Assembly (NCBI GenBank): GCA_963826115.1
Contig: CAWGVS010000010.1
Span: forward strand, 480,001-544,000
DNA length: 64,000 bases
Reading direction: 5' to 3'
Origin: an uncultured Candidatus Rokubacteria bacterium
Lineage (GTDB): Bacteria; Methylomirabilota; Methylomirabilia; Rokubacteriales; DASRDR01
Shown: positions 1 to 8,851 of the stretch, piece by piece
Layout of the letters: every line of letters starts with the position of its first letter
Position numbering within the stretch: position 1 is the first letter of the stretch
Made by a program: the position numbers and the translations under genes
The notes under the pieces: model-generated
What the model was told of the DNA's origin: nothing
Seen by the model: the letters and a program-made list of their open reading frames with translations, nothing else
The model's database searches: none

Positions 1-1
1 C

Positions 2-1456
2 TTCCGGGGCCTGAAGAAGGACGCCGTCCCGCAGGTCCTGCTCACCGTGGTCCTCTGCGTGACGTGTCTCGTGGCTGCCTTCCTCGCGTCGAAGGTCCTC
101 GGGTACGACATGGGGACGGCGGCGGGGCTCCTGGCCGGCGCGTTCTCGGAGTCCACGGTGATCGGGACCGCCGGCGACGCCATCAATCGCCTGCCGGGGC
201 TCTCGGCCGAGGAGCGGACCCAACTGGTCAACAACATCCCCGTCGCGTACGCGGTCACGTACCTGGTCGGCACGGCGGTCCTGGTGTGGTTCCTCCCCAC
301 AATCGGCCCCAAGCTGATCGGCGTGAACCTCCGGGACGAGGCCAAGAAGATGCAAGCGCAGGGGGCGGGCGCGGTGGAGGCCGAGCCCGGAGTCGTCTCG
401 GCGGCCCGCCGCTTCGACGTCCGCTCCTACCGCGTGACCAACGACAACATCGTCGGCAAGACCATCGCGGAGCTCGAGGCGCTGCCCAGGGACGTCCGCT
501 TCTTCATCCTCCGGATCCGTCGGCAGGGCCAGTTCCTCGAGGGTGAGCGGACCACGAAGATCCAGCGGGATGACGTCGTCGCGGTGGTCACGCGCATGGA
601 TGTCCATGTGGACCGGGGCGGCGTGATCGGACCGGAGATCCACGACCGGGAGCTGCTCGACATCCCGATCGAGGTGCTCGACGTGGTGGTCACGAGCAAG
701 GGCGTCGCCGGCAAAAGCCTGGCCGAGCTGGCGCGGGGCGAGTTCGCCCGCGGGGTCTTCCTGCAGAAGCTCGCCCGGGCCGGGGTGGAGATGCCGGTCG
801 CCCCGGAGACCCGCGTCGACCGGGGCGACGTGGTGACGCTGATCGGCCCGAAGCCCGCGGTCGAGCAGGCGGTCACGGTGATCGGGTATCCCGACCGCCC
901 CACTCACGCCACGGACATGATCTTCGTCGGCACCGGCATCGTGCTGGGCGGCTTCGTCGGCCTCCTGTCGGTGGTCATCGCGGGGGTGCCGATCACGCTC
1001 ACCGCCAGCGGCGGCGCGCTGATCATGGGGCTCGTGTTCGGGTGGCTCCGCTCCGTGCGGCCCTTCTTCGGGCGCATTCCCGAGGCGGCGATCTGGATTT
1101 TCGACACCGTGGGCCTCTGCGTCTTCATCGGCGTCGTCGGGATCACGGCGGGCCCGGGCTTCGTGACCGGCCTCCAGAAGACGGGCGTGAGCCTGGTCAT
1201 CGTGGGCCTCATCTGCTCCTTGACCCCGCACATCGTGTCGATCCTGTTCGGGCGGTACGTGCTGCGCATGAACCCCCTCATCCTCCTGGGCGCCTGCGCC
1301 GGCGCCGGCACGATCACGGCCGCCCTGCGCGCCCTCCAGGACGAGTCGCAGAGCAAGGTGCCGGCCCTCGGCTACACCGTGCCATACGCCGTCGGGAACA
1401 TCCTGCTCACCGCCTGGGGACCGGTCCTCGTGGCCATGATGGCGGGGAGCCGCTAG
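2..1456 (+). CDS. aspT: AspT/YidE/YbjL family antiporter (aspartate:alanine exchanger-like), 5' truncated by window edge
   Basis: Frame is open from base 2 (FRGLKKDAVPQ...). Two hydrophobic halves (GLLAGAFSES / GACAGAGTITAAL, ALGYTVPYAVGNILL) flank two TrkA_C domains. Confidence 0.85.
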   Translation, partial: FRGLKKDAVPQVLLTVVLCVTCLVAAFLASKVLGYDMGTAAGLLAGAFSESTVIGTAGDAINRLPGLSAEERTQLVNNIPVAYAVTYLVGTAVLVWFLPTIGPKLIGVNLRDEAKKMQAQGAGAVEAEPGVVSAARRFDVRSYRVTNDNIVGKTIAELEALPRDVRFFILRIRRQGQFLEGERTTKIQRDDVVAVVTRMDVHVDRGGVIGPEIHDRELLDIPIEVLDVVVTSKGVAGKSLAELARGEFARGVFLQKLARAGVEMPVAPETRVDRGDVVTLIGPKPAVEQAVTVIGYPDRPTHATDMIFVGTGIVLGGFVGLLSVVIAGVPITLTASGGALIMGLVFGWLRSVRPFFGRIPEAAIWIFDTVGLCVFIGVVGITAGPGFVTGLQKTGVSLVIVGLICSLTPHIVSILFGRYVLRMNPLILLGACAGAGTITAALRALQDESQSKVPALGYTVPYAVGNILLTAWGPVLVAMMAGSR

Positions 1457-1618
1457 CGGTGTGTCCGAGTAACCCCCGTCCAGGTCATTCCGATGAAATC
1501 ACGATCCCGCATGTGGCTCAGCGTCGAAGATCTCGATGCGGATGACGGTTTGACGTCTCCCCGAAGCGGCGCCCGAATCACTGTTGGAACGCACTCCTAG
1601 CGGACCGGATCCCGGGCA

Positions 1619-2170
1619 GTGGAGGCAGTGGTCGTGGCGGAGGTCCCGGAGATCGGTCCATCGGTTTCCCGTGGTGCGGAGGCCCTGGGCGGTCGCCTCA
1701 CCCTGACGCTCGCCGGCCTCACGGTGCTCGTGCTGGCGCTGTCGGTCCCCGATTCCCTGCGTGAGGCCTGGGAGCGCGGGGGCTTCTATCTCTTCTCCCA
1801 CGCCTTCCTGGAGGACCTGCCAAAGCGGCTGACGGGCCCTGGCCGCTTCCGCTTCGTTCTCCAGCCGCTGATCGCCATCATTCTCGGGGTCCGCGGCGGC
1901 CGGGCCGACGCGCGGGCGGGCCGGCCGCCATACCTGCTGGGGCTCGTAACCGATCGCGAGCGCCGTCGCGACCTCGGGCGGGCCGGCCTCGGAGCGATCG
2001 TCAATCTCGTGCTCATGGGCATCCTGCTCGATTCCGTCTTCCAGTGGCTGATCCTCGGCCAATCGTATCCGGGCGCGGCGCTGGTGGTGGGCCCGGTCCT
2101 GATCACGACGCCCTACGCCGTCGCCCGCGCGCTGGCGAACCGCGCGACGCGCGCGAGCGCGCCGCGGTGA
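1619..2170 (+). CDS. Conserved hypothetical membrane protein
   Basis: High-GC3 frame, several hydrophobic segments, motif RLTGPGRFRFVLQPLIAIILG. Start uncertain. Confidence 0.7.
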   Translation: MEAVVVAEVPEIGPSVSRGAEALGGRLTLTLAGLTVLVLALSVPDSLREAWERGGFYLFSHAFLEDLPKRLTGPGRFRFVLQPLIAIILGVRGGRADARAGRPPYLLGLVTDRERRRDLGRAGLGAIVNLVLMGILLDSVFQWLILGQSYPGAALVVGPVLITTPYAVARALANRATRASAPR

Positions 2171-2213
2171 GCCGGGAGACGGGCTCGACGCTTCGACGAC
2201 CCGGAGGAACGCA

Positions 2214-2906
2214 ATGAACCGATGGACGAACGCAGCGGTGGCTGCGGTCATCGCGGCGCTCGTGCTGGGCGGCGCGCCGGCGCGGGCGGACGACGCGCTC
2301 GACGCGCGACAGACGGTCGAGCGGGCCAAGCTCACGGTGGAGACGTTCCAGACGGACCCGAACATGGGCGCGCTGCGTGACCTCGCGAAGAAGGCCAAGG
2401 GGATGCTCATCATGCCCCAGATGCTCCGCGGCGCGTTCATCGTCGGAGGGTCGGGCGGCACCGGCGTGCTGGTCGCGCGGGGGGACAAGCCCGGCGAGTG
2501 GCGCGGTCCGACGTTCCACACCCTCGGCGGCGCGAGCTTCGGCTTCCAGGCGGGCGTCGACGCGGCCGAGGTGATCATCCTCACGATGACCGAGCGCGGG
2601 GTGACGAAGCTCCTGAGCCCCCAGGTGAAGCTCGGGGCCGACATCAGCGTCGCGGCGGGCCCGGTCGGGGCCGGCACTTCGGCGGGGACGGCGGGGCTGA
2701 GCGTCGACCTCCTCAGCTACTCCGTGTCCAAGGGGCTCTACGGCGGGTTCTCGGTCGACGGCTCGGTGGCCGGGGTGCGCACGGCGCTGAATCACGCGTA
2801 CTACGGCAAGCCCGTGAGCCCGGCGGACATCCTCGTGAAGGGCGCGGTCAGGAACCCGCAGGCGGGTCCGCTGCTCGAGGCGGTCGCCAAGCTGGCTGGG
2901 CGCTAG
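2214..2906 (+). CDS. Lipid-binding SYLF (Ysc84-like) domain exported protein
   Basis: GGAGG RBS, signal peptide, motifs GAFIVGGSGGTGVLV, GASFGFQAG, SYSVSKGLYGGFSVDGS. Confidence 0.9.
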   Translation: MNRWTNAAVAAVIAALVLGGAPARADDALDARQTVERAKLTVETFQTDPNMGALRDLAKKAKGMLIMPQMLRGAFIVGGSGGTGVLVARGDKPGEWRGPTFHTLGGASFGFQAGVDAAEVIILTMTERGVTKLLSPQVKLGADISVAAGPVGAGTSAGTAGLSVDLLSYSVSKGLYGGFSVDGSVAGVRTALNHAYYGKPVSPADILVKGAVRNPQAGPLLEAVAKLAGR

Positions 2907-2908
2907 AC

Positions 2909-3445
2909 ATGACCGGCCGACGCGGCCTCGGCGCGGTTCTGCTCGCGGTCCTCATCGGCGCCGCCGCGCTCGCTGTCGGCGTGGGGGCCGAGGAGCGGAC
3001 GGTCAACGCGACCTCGGCGTGGGAAGGCCGGGCGCGGGTCTTCGTCACCGGGCCCCGGCACGGGTTCATGCTGGGCGTGTTCGCCGGGCTCCTGACCGTC
3101 GAGGGCGGGGCGGATCCCCTCCAGGGCGCGCGGATCGCGTGTCCGGGGGCGGTCGACGCGGACTACGGCGCGAACACGCAACGAGGCGAGGGACGCTGCG
3201 TCGTGACGACCGGGACCGGGGATCGCCTGTTCGCGCGGTGGACCTGCGCGGGCGAGCCGGACAAGGGCTGTGCCGGGCGGCTCGTCCTGACGGGCGGCAC
3301 GGGGGCGTACCAGGGGGTGACCGGGGAGGGGGAGATGACGGTCCGCCTCGTCCTTTCGAACCTCCTCAACTTCGAGCGACTGGAAGCCGAGTACGACCTG
3401 GCAGGAGTGGTCGCCTGGTCGAAGCTCCGATACCGCACGCCCTGA
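2909..3445 (+). CDS. Hypothetical exported beta-rich protein with 4 Cys
   Basis: ATG at 2909 just after the upstream stop, signal peptide, LTGGTGAYQGVTGEG motif resembling dirigent/allene-oxide-cyclase-like barrels. Confidence 0.7.
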   Translation: MTGRRGLGAVLLAVLIGAAALAVGVGAEERTVNATSAWEGRARVFVTGPRHGFMLGVFAGLLTVEGGADPLQGARIACPGAVDADYGANTQRGEGRCVVTTGTGDRLFARWTCAGEPDKGCAGRLVLTGGTGAYQGVTGEGEMTVRLVLSNLLNFERLEAEYDLAGVVAWSKLRYRTP

Positions 3446-3470
3446 CGGCGGCGGCAGAAGGGGAAGGGGC

Positions 3471-6230
3471 ATGACGACCGGGAAGGAAGCAGCGGAGGCG
3501 GCGCGGCTCACCGCGGCGCGAGAGCAGAGCGTGCCGTGGCGGAAGTGGGGACCGTACCTCTCCGAGCGGCAGTGGGGGACGGTCCGCGAGGACTACAGCG
3601 ACAACGGGGACGCCTGGAACTACTTCAGCCACGACCAGGCGCGCTCGCGGGCGTACCGCTGGGGCGAGGACGGCCTCGCGGGGGTCTCCGACGACCGGCA
3701 GCTCCTCTGCTTCGCGCTGGCGCTCTGGAACGGGAAGGATCCCATCCTGAAAGAGCGCCTGTTCGGCCTCACCAACAGCGAGGGGAACCACGGGGAGGAC
3801 GTCAAGGAGTACTACTTCTATCTCGACTCGACCCCCACCCACTCGTACATGAAGTACCTCTACAAGTACCCGCAGGCCGAGTTCCCCTACGGCGACCTCG
3901 TCGAGACGAACCGGCGCCGGGGCAAGCTCGACTTCGAGTACGAGCTGCTCGACACCCGGGTCTTCGACCAGGACCGCTACTTCGACGTGCTGGTCGAGTA
4001 CGCCAAGGCGTCGCCCGAGGACCTTCTCGTCCAGGTCACCGTGACGAACCGCGGCCCGGCGGCAGCGACGCTGCACGTCCTGCCGACCCTCTGGTTCCGC
4101 AATCTCTGGTCGTGGGGCGGGGACGCGCCGCGCCCGGTGATCCGGCAGGCCGCGGGGAGCTCGAGCCCCGTGATCGCGGCCGCCCACCCCGAGCTCGGCG
4201 AGCGGTTCCTCGCGTGCGAGGGCGCGGCCGCTCTGCTGTTCACGGAGAACGAAACGAACGCGGCGCGGCTCTTCGGAGCCCCCAACCGCACCCCCTACGT
4301 CAAGGACGGGATCAACGACTACGTCGTCCACGGCCGCGGGGAGGCGGTGAACCCCGCCCACACGGGCACCAAGGCCGCCGCGCACTACCCGCTCACCGTG
4401 GAGGCCGGCGCGTCCCGGACGCTCCGGCTGCGCCTCTTCGACGTGTCGGCGAAGAGCGAGGCCTTCGGGCGCGACTTCGACGCGACCATGGACGCACGCC
4501 GGAAGGAGGCCGACGAGTTCTACGCGGGGGTCATCCCGCGGTCGCTCGACTCCGACGCGCGGCTCGTGATGCGACAGGCGCTGGCCGGCATGATGTGGAC
4601 GAAGCAGTTCTACCACTACGACGTGGACCGGTGGCTCGAGGAGCACGGCGCCGAGCCGTTCGGGGGCGGGCGGCGGTCCGCGCCCCGGAACGACCACTGG
4701 CACCACATGCAGAACGCCGACATCATCTCGATGCCGGACAAGTGGGAGTACCCGTGGTATGCGGCGTGGGACCTGGCCTTCCACTGCCTCGCCCTGACCC
4801 TGGTGGACGAGGACTTCGGCAAGCAGCAGCTGGACCTCATGCTGCAGCAGCAGTACATCCACCCGAGCGGGCAGATTCCTGCGTACGAGTGGAACTTCGG
4901 CGACGTGAACCCGCCGGTGCACGCGTGGGCCACCTTGTTCACGTACCGGCTGGAGAAGGCCCGGCGCGGGCGGGGCGACCTCGACTGGCTCGAGCGCTGC
5001 TTCCACAAGCTGATGCTCAACTTCACGTGGTGGGTGAACCGGAAGGACCGCAACGGCAGCAACGTCTTCGAGGGCGGCTTCCTGGGCCTCGACAACATCG
5101 GCGTCTTCGATCGCAGCGCGCCGCTCCCGACCGGCGGCTACCTGGAACAGGCCGATGGCACCGCGTGGATGGCCCTGTTCTGCCAGAACATGCTGGACAT
5201 CGCCGGGGAGCTGGCGATGGAGCGGCCTGCGTACCAGGACCTGGCGCTGAAGTTCGTCGAGCACTTTCTCTGGATCGGGACTTCGATGATGCATGCCGGC
5301 GGCGACACCGGGATGTGGGACGAGGCGGACGGGTTCTTCTACGACGTCCTGCGCACACCGGACGGGCGGGCCCAGCGCCTGAAGGTGCGCTCCATGGTCG
5401 GGCTGCTTCCGCTCTGCGCGGTCACCGTCTTCGAGGGGAAGTTGCTGACCAAGTATCCGGAGCTCCAACAACGGGTGCGTCGCTTCCTCGAGGGGCGGCC
5501 CGAGGTGCGCGCGTTCATCCACGACCCCGCGAAGCAGGGCCAGGGTGGCCGGCGCCTCGCCGCCCTCCTCGACGAGACGAAGCTCCGCCGGGTCCTCACC
5601 ATCATGCTCGACGAGAAGGAGTTCCTGAGCCCCTACGGGATCCGCGCCCTCTCGAGCTTTCACACGGACCACCCCTACGTGTTCCACGTGGGGAATCAGG
5701 AGTACCGCGTGTCGTACCTGCCGGCAGAGTCCGACAGCGGCATGTTCGGCGGCAACTCGAACTGGCGGGGGCCCATCTGGATGCCCGTGAACGGACTGAT
5801 CATCCGGGCGCTGCTCCAGTACCACACCTACTACGGCGACACGTTCACCATCGAGTGTCCGACGGGGTCGGGCCGCCGGATGAACCTGTACCAGGTCGCC
5901 GAGGAGCTGTCGCGGCGTCTGGCCAGCATCTTCCTCCGGAACGCGGAGGGACGGCGCCCGGTCCACGGGGGCGCCCGGAAGTTCCAGGAGGACCCGCACT
6001 GGCGCGACCTCGTGCTCTTCTACGAGTACTTCCATGGCGACAACGGGGCGGGCCTCGGTGCCAGCCACCAGACGGGCTGGACCGGCATCGTCGCGCGTGC
6101 CATGCACCTGTTCGCCACCAGCACGTCGTCGGAGTTCCTCGGGCTCGGCACCGTTGCCGGCGTGGTGGAGACGCCGGGAACAGGAGCTGTGACGGGCGGC
6201 GGGGCGGCGTCTCGAGTCCGCGAGCCCTGA
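3471..6230 (+). CDS. GH63 / MGH1-like glycoside hydrolase (glucosidase)
   Basis: [70 protein letters not shown]. Confidence 0.9.
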   Translation: MTTGKEAAEAARLTAAREQSVPWRKWGPYLSERQWGTVREDYSDNGDAWNYFSHDQARSRAYRWGEDGLAGVSDDRQLLCFALALWNGKDPILKERLFGLTNSEGNHGEDVKEYYFYLDSTPTHSYMKYLYKYPQAEFPYGDLVETNRRRGKLDFEYELLDTRVFDQDRYFDVLVEYAKASPEDLLVQVTVTNRGPAAATLHVLPTLWFRNLWSWGGDAPRPVIRQAAGSSSPVIAAAHPELGERFLACEGAAALLFTENETNAARLFGAPNRTPYVKDGINDYVVHGRGEAVNPAHTGTKAAAHYPLTVEAGASRTLRLRLFDVSAKSEAFGRDFDATMDARRKEADEFYAGVIPRSLDSDARLVMRQALAGMMWTKQFYHYDVDRWLEEHGAEPFGGGRRSAPRNDHWHHMQNADIISMPDKWEYPWYAAWDLAFHCLALTLVDEDFGKQQLDLMLQQQYIHPSGQIPAYEWNFGDVNPPVHAWATLFTYRLEKARRGRGDLDWLERCFHKLMLNFTWWVNRKDRNGSNVFEGGFLGLDNIGVFDRSAPLPTGGYLEQADGTAWMALFCQNMLDIAGELAMERPAYQDLALKFVEHFLWIGTSMMHAGGDTGMWDEADGFFYDVLRTPDGRAQRLKVRSMVGLLPLCAVTVFEGKLLTKYPELQQRVRRFLEGRPEVRAFIHDPAKQGQGGRRLAALLDETKLRRVLTIMLDEKEFLSPYGIRALSSFHTDHPYVFHVGNQEYRVSYLPAESDSGMFGGNSNWRGPIWMPVNGLIIRALLQYHTYYGDTFTIECPTGSGRRMNLYQVAEELSRRLASIFLRNAEGRRPVHGGARKFQEDPHWRDLVLFYEYFHGDNGAGLGASHQTGWTGIVARAMHLFATSTSSEFLGLGTVAGVVETPGTGAVTGGGAASRVREP

Positions 6231-6231
6231 T

Positions 6232-7332
6232 GTGCGGGCCTCTCGGCGCCGGGCGCCCGGGATACCCTTCGCGCTGGCCGGCCTGGTCGCCTTGACCGGC
6301 TGCGCCAGCATCGGCCCCGGTACGGTGACGCGGGACCGGTTCGACTACACCGGGGCGGTGGCCGAGTCCTGGAAGAGCCAGATGCTGCTCAACCTGGTGA
6401 AGCTCCGCTACGGCGACACCCCGGTGTTCCTGGACGTGGGGCAGATCGTGAGCGGCTACACGGTGCAGAGCACCTTCACGGCGGGGGGCAGCGTCTTCAG
6501 CACGAGCGGGGTGGTGCCGGGGGTGCCGAGCAGCAGCGTGACCCTCGGCGCCCAGGGGCAGTACACCGACCGGCCAACCATCACGTACGCGCCGCTCTCG
6601 GGCGAGCGCTTCGCCCGCTCGTTGATGACGCCGATTCCCCCGGCCGCCCTGCTGAGCATGATCCAGGCCGGGAATCCGGTGGACCTGGTCCTGCGGCTCG
6701 CGGTCCACGTCGTGAACGGCATCGACAACCGCTATGGGGGCGACGCGCGGGCGCGACCCGCGGACCCGGAGTTCTACGTCCTCCTGGAGCGGCTCCGCCG
6801 GATCCAGCTCTCGGGGGCGATCGGTCTCCGGGTGCGCCGGATCGACCGGGAAGAGGCCGTGCTGATGACCCTGCGGCAGAGGACGGACCCGGGCCTCGAG
6901 GCGGACACGCTGGCCGTCCGGCAGCTCTTGGGCCTCGATCCCGTTGGCCGGGAGTTTCAGGTCGTCTACGGCGCGGTGGCGGCCGACAACACGCAGATCG
7001 CGATTCTCAGCCGGTCCATCCTGGAGATCCTGATAGACCTCTCGTCCTTCATCGAGGTCCCCCAGGCCCACGTCACCGACCGACGCGTGTCGCCGACGGC
7101 GGAACCGGAGGTGGGACCCCGCGGCCCCATCCGGCCCCTGATTCGCATCGGGAGCTCTCCGGACCGGCCGGCCGACGCCTTCCTGGCCGTGCCCTACCGC
7201 GGCTACTGGTTCTGGATCGACGATCGCGACATGCCGTCGAAGCGGCTGTTCAGCTTCCTGATGTTCATCTTCACGCTCGTCGAGACCGGCGCGAAGGACG
7301 GCGCCCCGGTGTTGACGATCCCGACGCAATGA
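6232..7332 (+). CDS. Conserved hypothetical lipoprotein
   Basis: Lipobox LTGC, motifs QMLLNLVKLRYGDTPVFL and DRPTITYAPLSG, operonic spacing. Confidence 0.8.
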   Translation: MRASRRRAPGIPFALAGLVALTGCASIGPGTVTRDRFDYTGAVAESWKSQMLLNLVKLRYGDTPVFLDVGQIVSGYTVQSTFTAGGSVFSTSGVVPGVPSSSVTLGAQGQYTDRPTITYAPLSGERFARSLMTPIPPAALLSMIQAGNPVDLVLRLAVHVVNGIDNRYGGDARARPADPEFYVLLERLRRIQLSGAIGLRVRRIDREEAVLMTLRQRTDPGLEADTLAVRQLLGLDPVGREFQVVYGAVAADNTQIAILSRSILEILIDLSSFIEVPQAHVTDRRVSPTAEPEVGPRGPIRPLIRIGSSPDRPADAFLAVPYRGYWFWIDDRDMPSKRLFSFLMFIFTLVETGAKDGAPVLTIPTQ

Positions 7333-8831
7333 TGGAGGCCCGCGCCATGCCGCTCTCACCCCGCTATCCGGCGCTGTACCAGATCAACACTCGCGTCTGG
7401 CTGACCGAGCGGTCCCGGGCCCTGGGCCGGCCCGCGACGCTGGACGACGTGGCGGACGACGAGCTGGACCGCGTGGCCGGTCTCGGGGTCGACTGGGTCT
7501 GGCTTCTCAGCGTGTGGCGCACGGGTGCGGCCGGCCAGCGGGCGTCGCGCGAAAGCCCCGAGTGGCGGAAGGAGTTCCAGGAGACGCTGCCGGACCTCTC
7601 CGACGACGACATCGCCGGGTCCGGCTTCGCGATCACCGGGTACACCGTCCACCCGGGCCTGGGCGGCGATCCGGCGCTGGCGCGGCTCCGCGACCGCCTC
7701 CGGAAGCGCGGGCTCCGGCTCATGCTCGACTTCGTCCCGAACCACACCGCCCTCGATCATCCATGGGTCGAGGCCCACCCCGAGTACTTCGTGCCGGGCA
7801 CCGAGGCGGACCTGGCCCGGGCGCCCCAGAACTACATCTGGGTCAAGCGACGGCAGGGGCACCGACTCCTGGCCCACGGCCGGGACCCGTACTTCTCGGG
7901 CTGGCCGGACACGCTCCAGCTCGACTACGGCAACGTCTCGACGCAGGAGGCGATGCTGGACGAGCTGCTGAAGGTCAGCGGGCAGTGCGACGGTGTCCGC
8001 TGCGACATGGCGATGCTCGTCCTGCCCGACGTCTTCGAGCGGACCTGGGGCCGTCGGGCGCCGCCGTTCTGGCCGCGGGCGACCCAGCGGGTGCGGGAGC
8101 GGTCGCCGGGCTTCTGCTTCATGGCCGAGGTCTACTGGGACCTCGAGTGGACCATGATGCAGCAGGGGTTCGACTACGCCTACGACAAGCGGCTCTACGA
8201 TCGCCTGCACGAGGGGCACGTGCGGCCGGTGCGCGAGCATTTCCTGGCGGGGCTCGACTACCAGGACCGGCTCGCCCGCTTCATGGAGAACCACGACGAG
8301 CCCCGGGCCGCGACGGCGTTCCCCCCCGGCAAGCACGAGGCGGCCGCCGTCCTGACGTACCTCTCGCCGGGGCTCCGGTTCTTCCACCAGGGCCAGTTCG
8401 AGGGCCGCCGGAAGCGCATCTCGCCGCACCTGGTGCGGGCCCCCGTGGAGCCGGTCGACGAGACGCTCCGGCGCTTCTACGCGGCGCTCCTCTCGGCGCT
8501 CCGGGACCCCGCCGTGCGGGACGGCCAGTGGAGCCTGCTCGAGTGCGCGCCGGCGTGGGAGGGCAACTGGACGTCGGACGGGGTCATCGCGTTCGCCTGG
8601 CAGGGGCCGGCCGGCCGGCGCGCCCTGGTCACCGTGAACTACGCGCCGAACCAGGGCCAGTGCTACGTCCGCCTGCCGTGGGGAGATCTGCGCGGGAAGA
8701 CCGTGCGGTTGCGGGACCGGACGAGCGCCGCGGTGTACGACCGGAGCGGCGACGACCTCGCGGCGCGCGGGCTCTACCTCGACGTGCCGCCGTGGGGCCA
8801 CCACGTCTTCGAGGTGGGTGGCGCGTCGTGA
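7329..8831 (+). CDS. GH13 alpha-amylase family glycoside hydrolase
   Basis: LDFVPNH, DGVRCDMA (nucleophile), AEVYW (acid/base), FMENHDE. Confidence 0.9.
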   Translation: MMEARAMPLSPRYPALYQINTRVWLTERSRALGRPATLDDVADDELDRVAGLGVDWVWLLSVWRTGAAGQRASRESPEWRKEFQETLPDLSDDDIAGSGFAITGYTVHPGLGGDPALARLRDRLRKRGLRLMLDFVPNHTALDHPWVEAHPEYFVPGTEADLARAPQNYIWVKRRQGHRLLAHGRDPYFSGWPDTLQLDYGNVSTQEAMLDELLKVSGQCDGVRCDMAMLVLPDVFERTWGRRAPPFWPRATQRVRERSPGFCFMAEVYWDLEWTMMQQGFDYAYDKRLYDRLHEGHVRPVREHFLAGLDYQDRLARFMENHDEPRAATAFPPGKHEAAAVLTYLSPGLRFFHQGQFEGRRKRISPHLVRAPVEPVDETLRRFYAALLSALRDPAVRDGQWSLLECAPAWEGNWTSDGVIAFAWQGPAGRRALVTVNYAPNQGQCYVRLPWGDLRGKTVRLRDRTSAAVYDRSGDDLAARGLYLDVPPWGHHVFEVGGAS

Positions 8832-8851
8832 CGGCCGCCGGCGGCGTCCGG

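Noticed and set aside
3366-6311. Long antisense or alternative-frame ORFs (also 11235-13892, 27488-31015, 39381-42803, 47824-50388, 50872-54753, 50910-54104)
   Set aside because: Shadows of high-GC3 genes: few stops off-frame, Arg/Pro/Ala-rich translations, no motifs.
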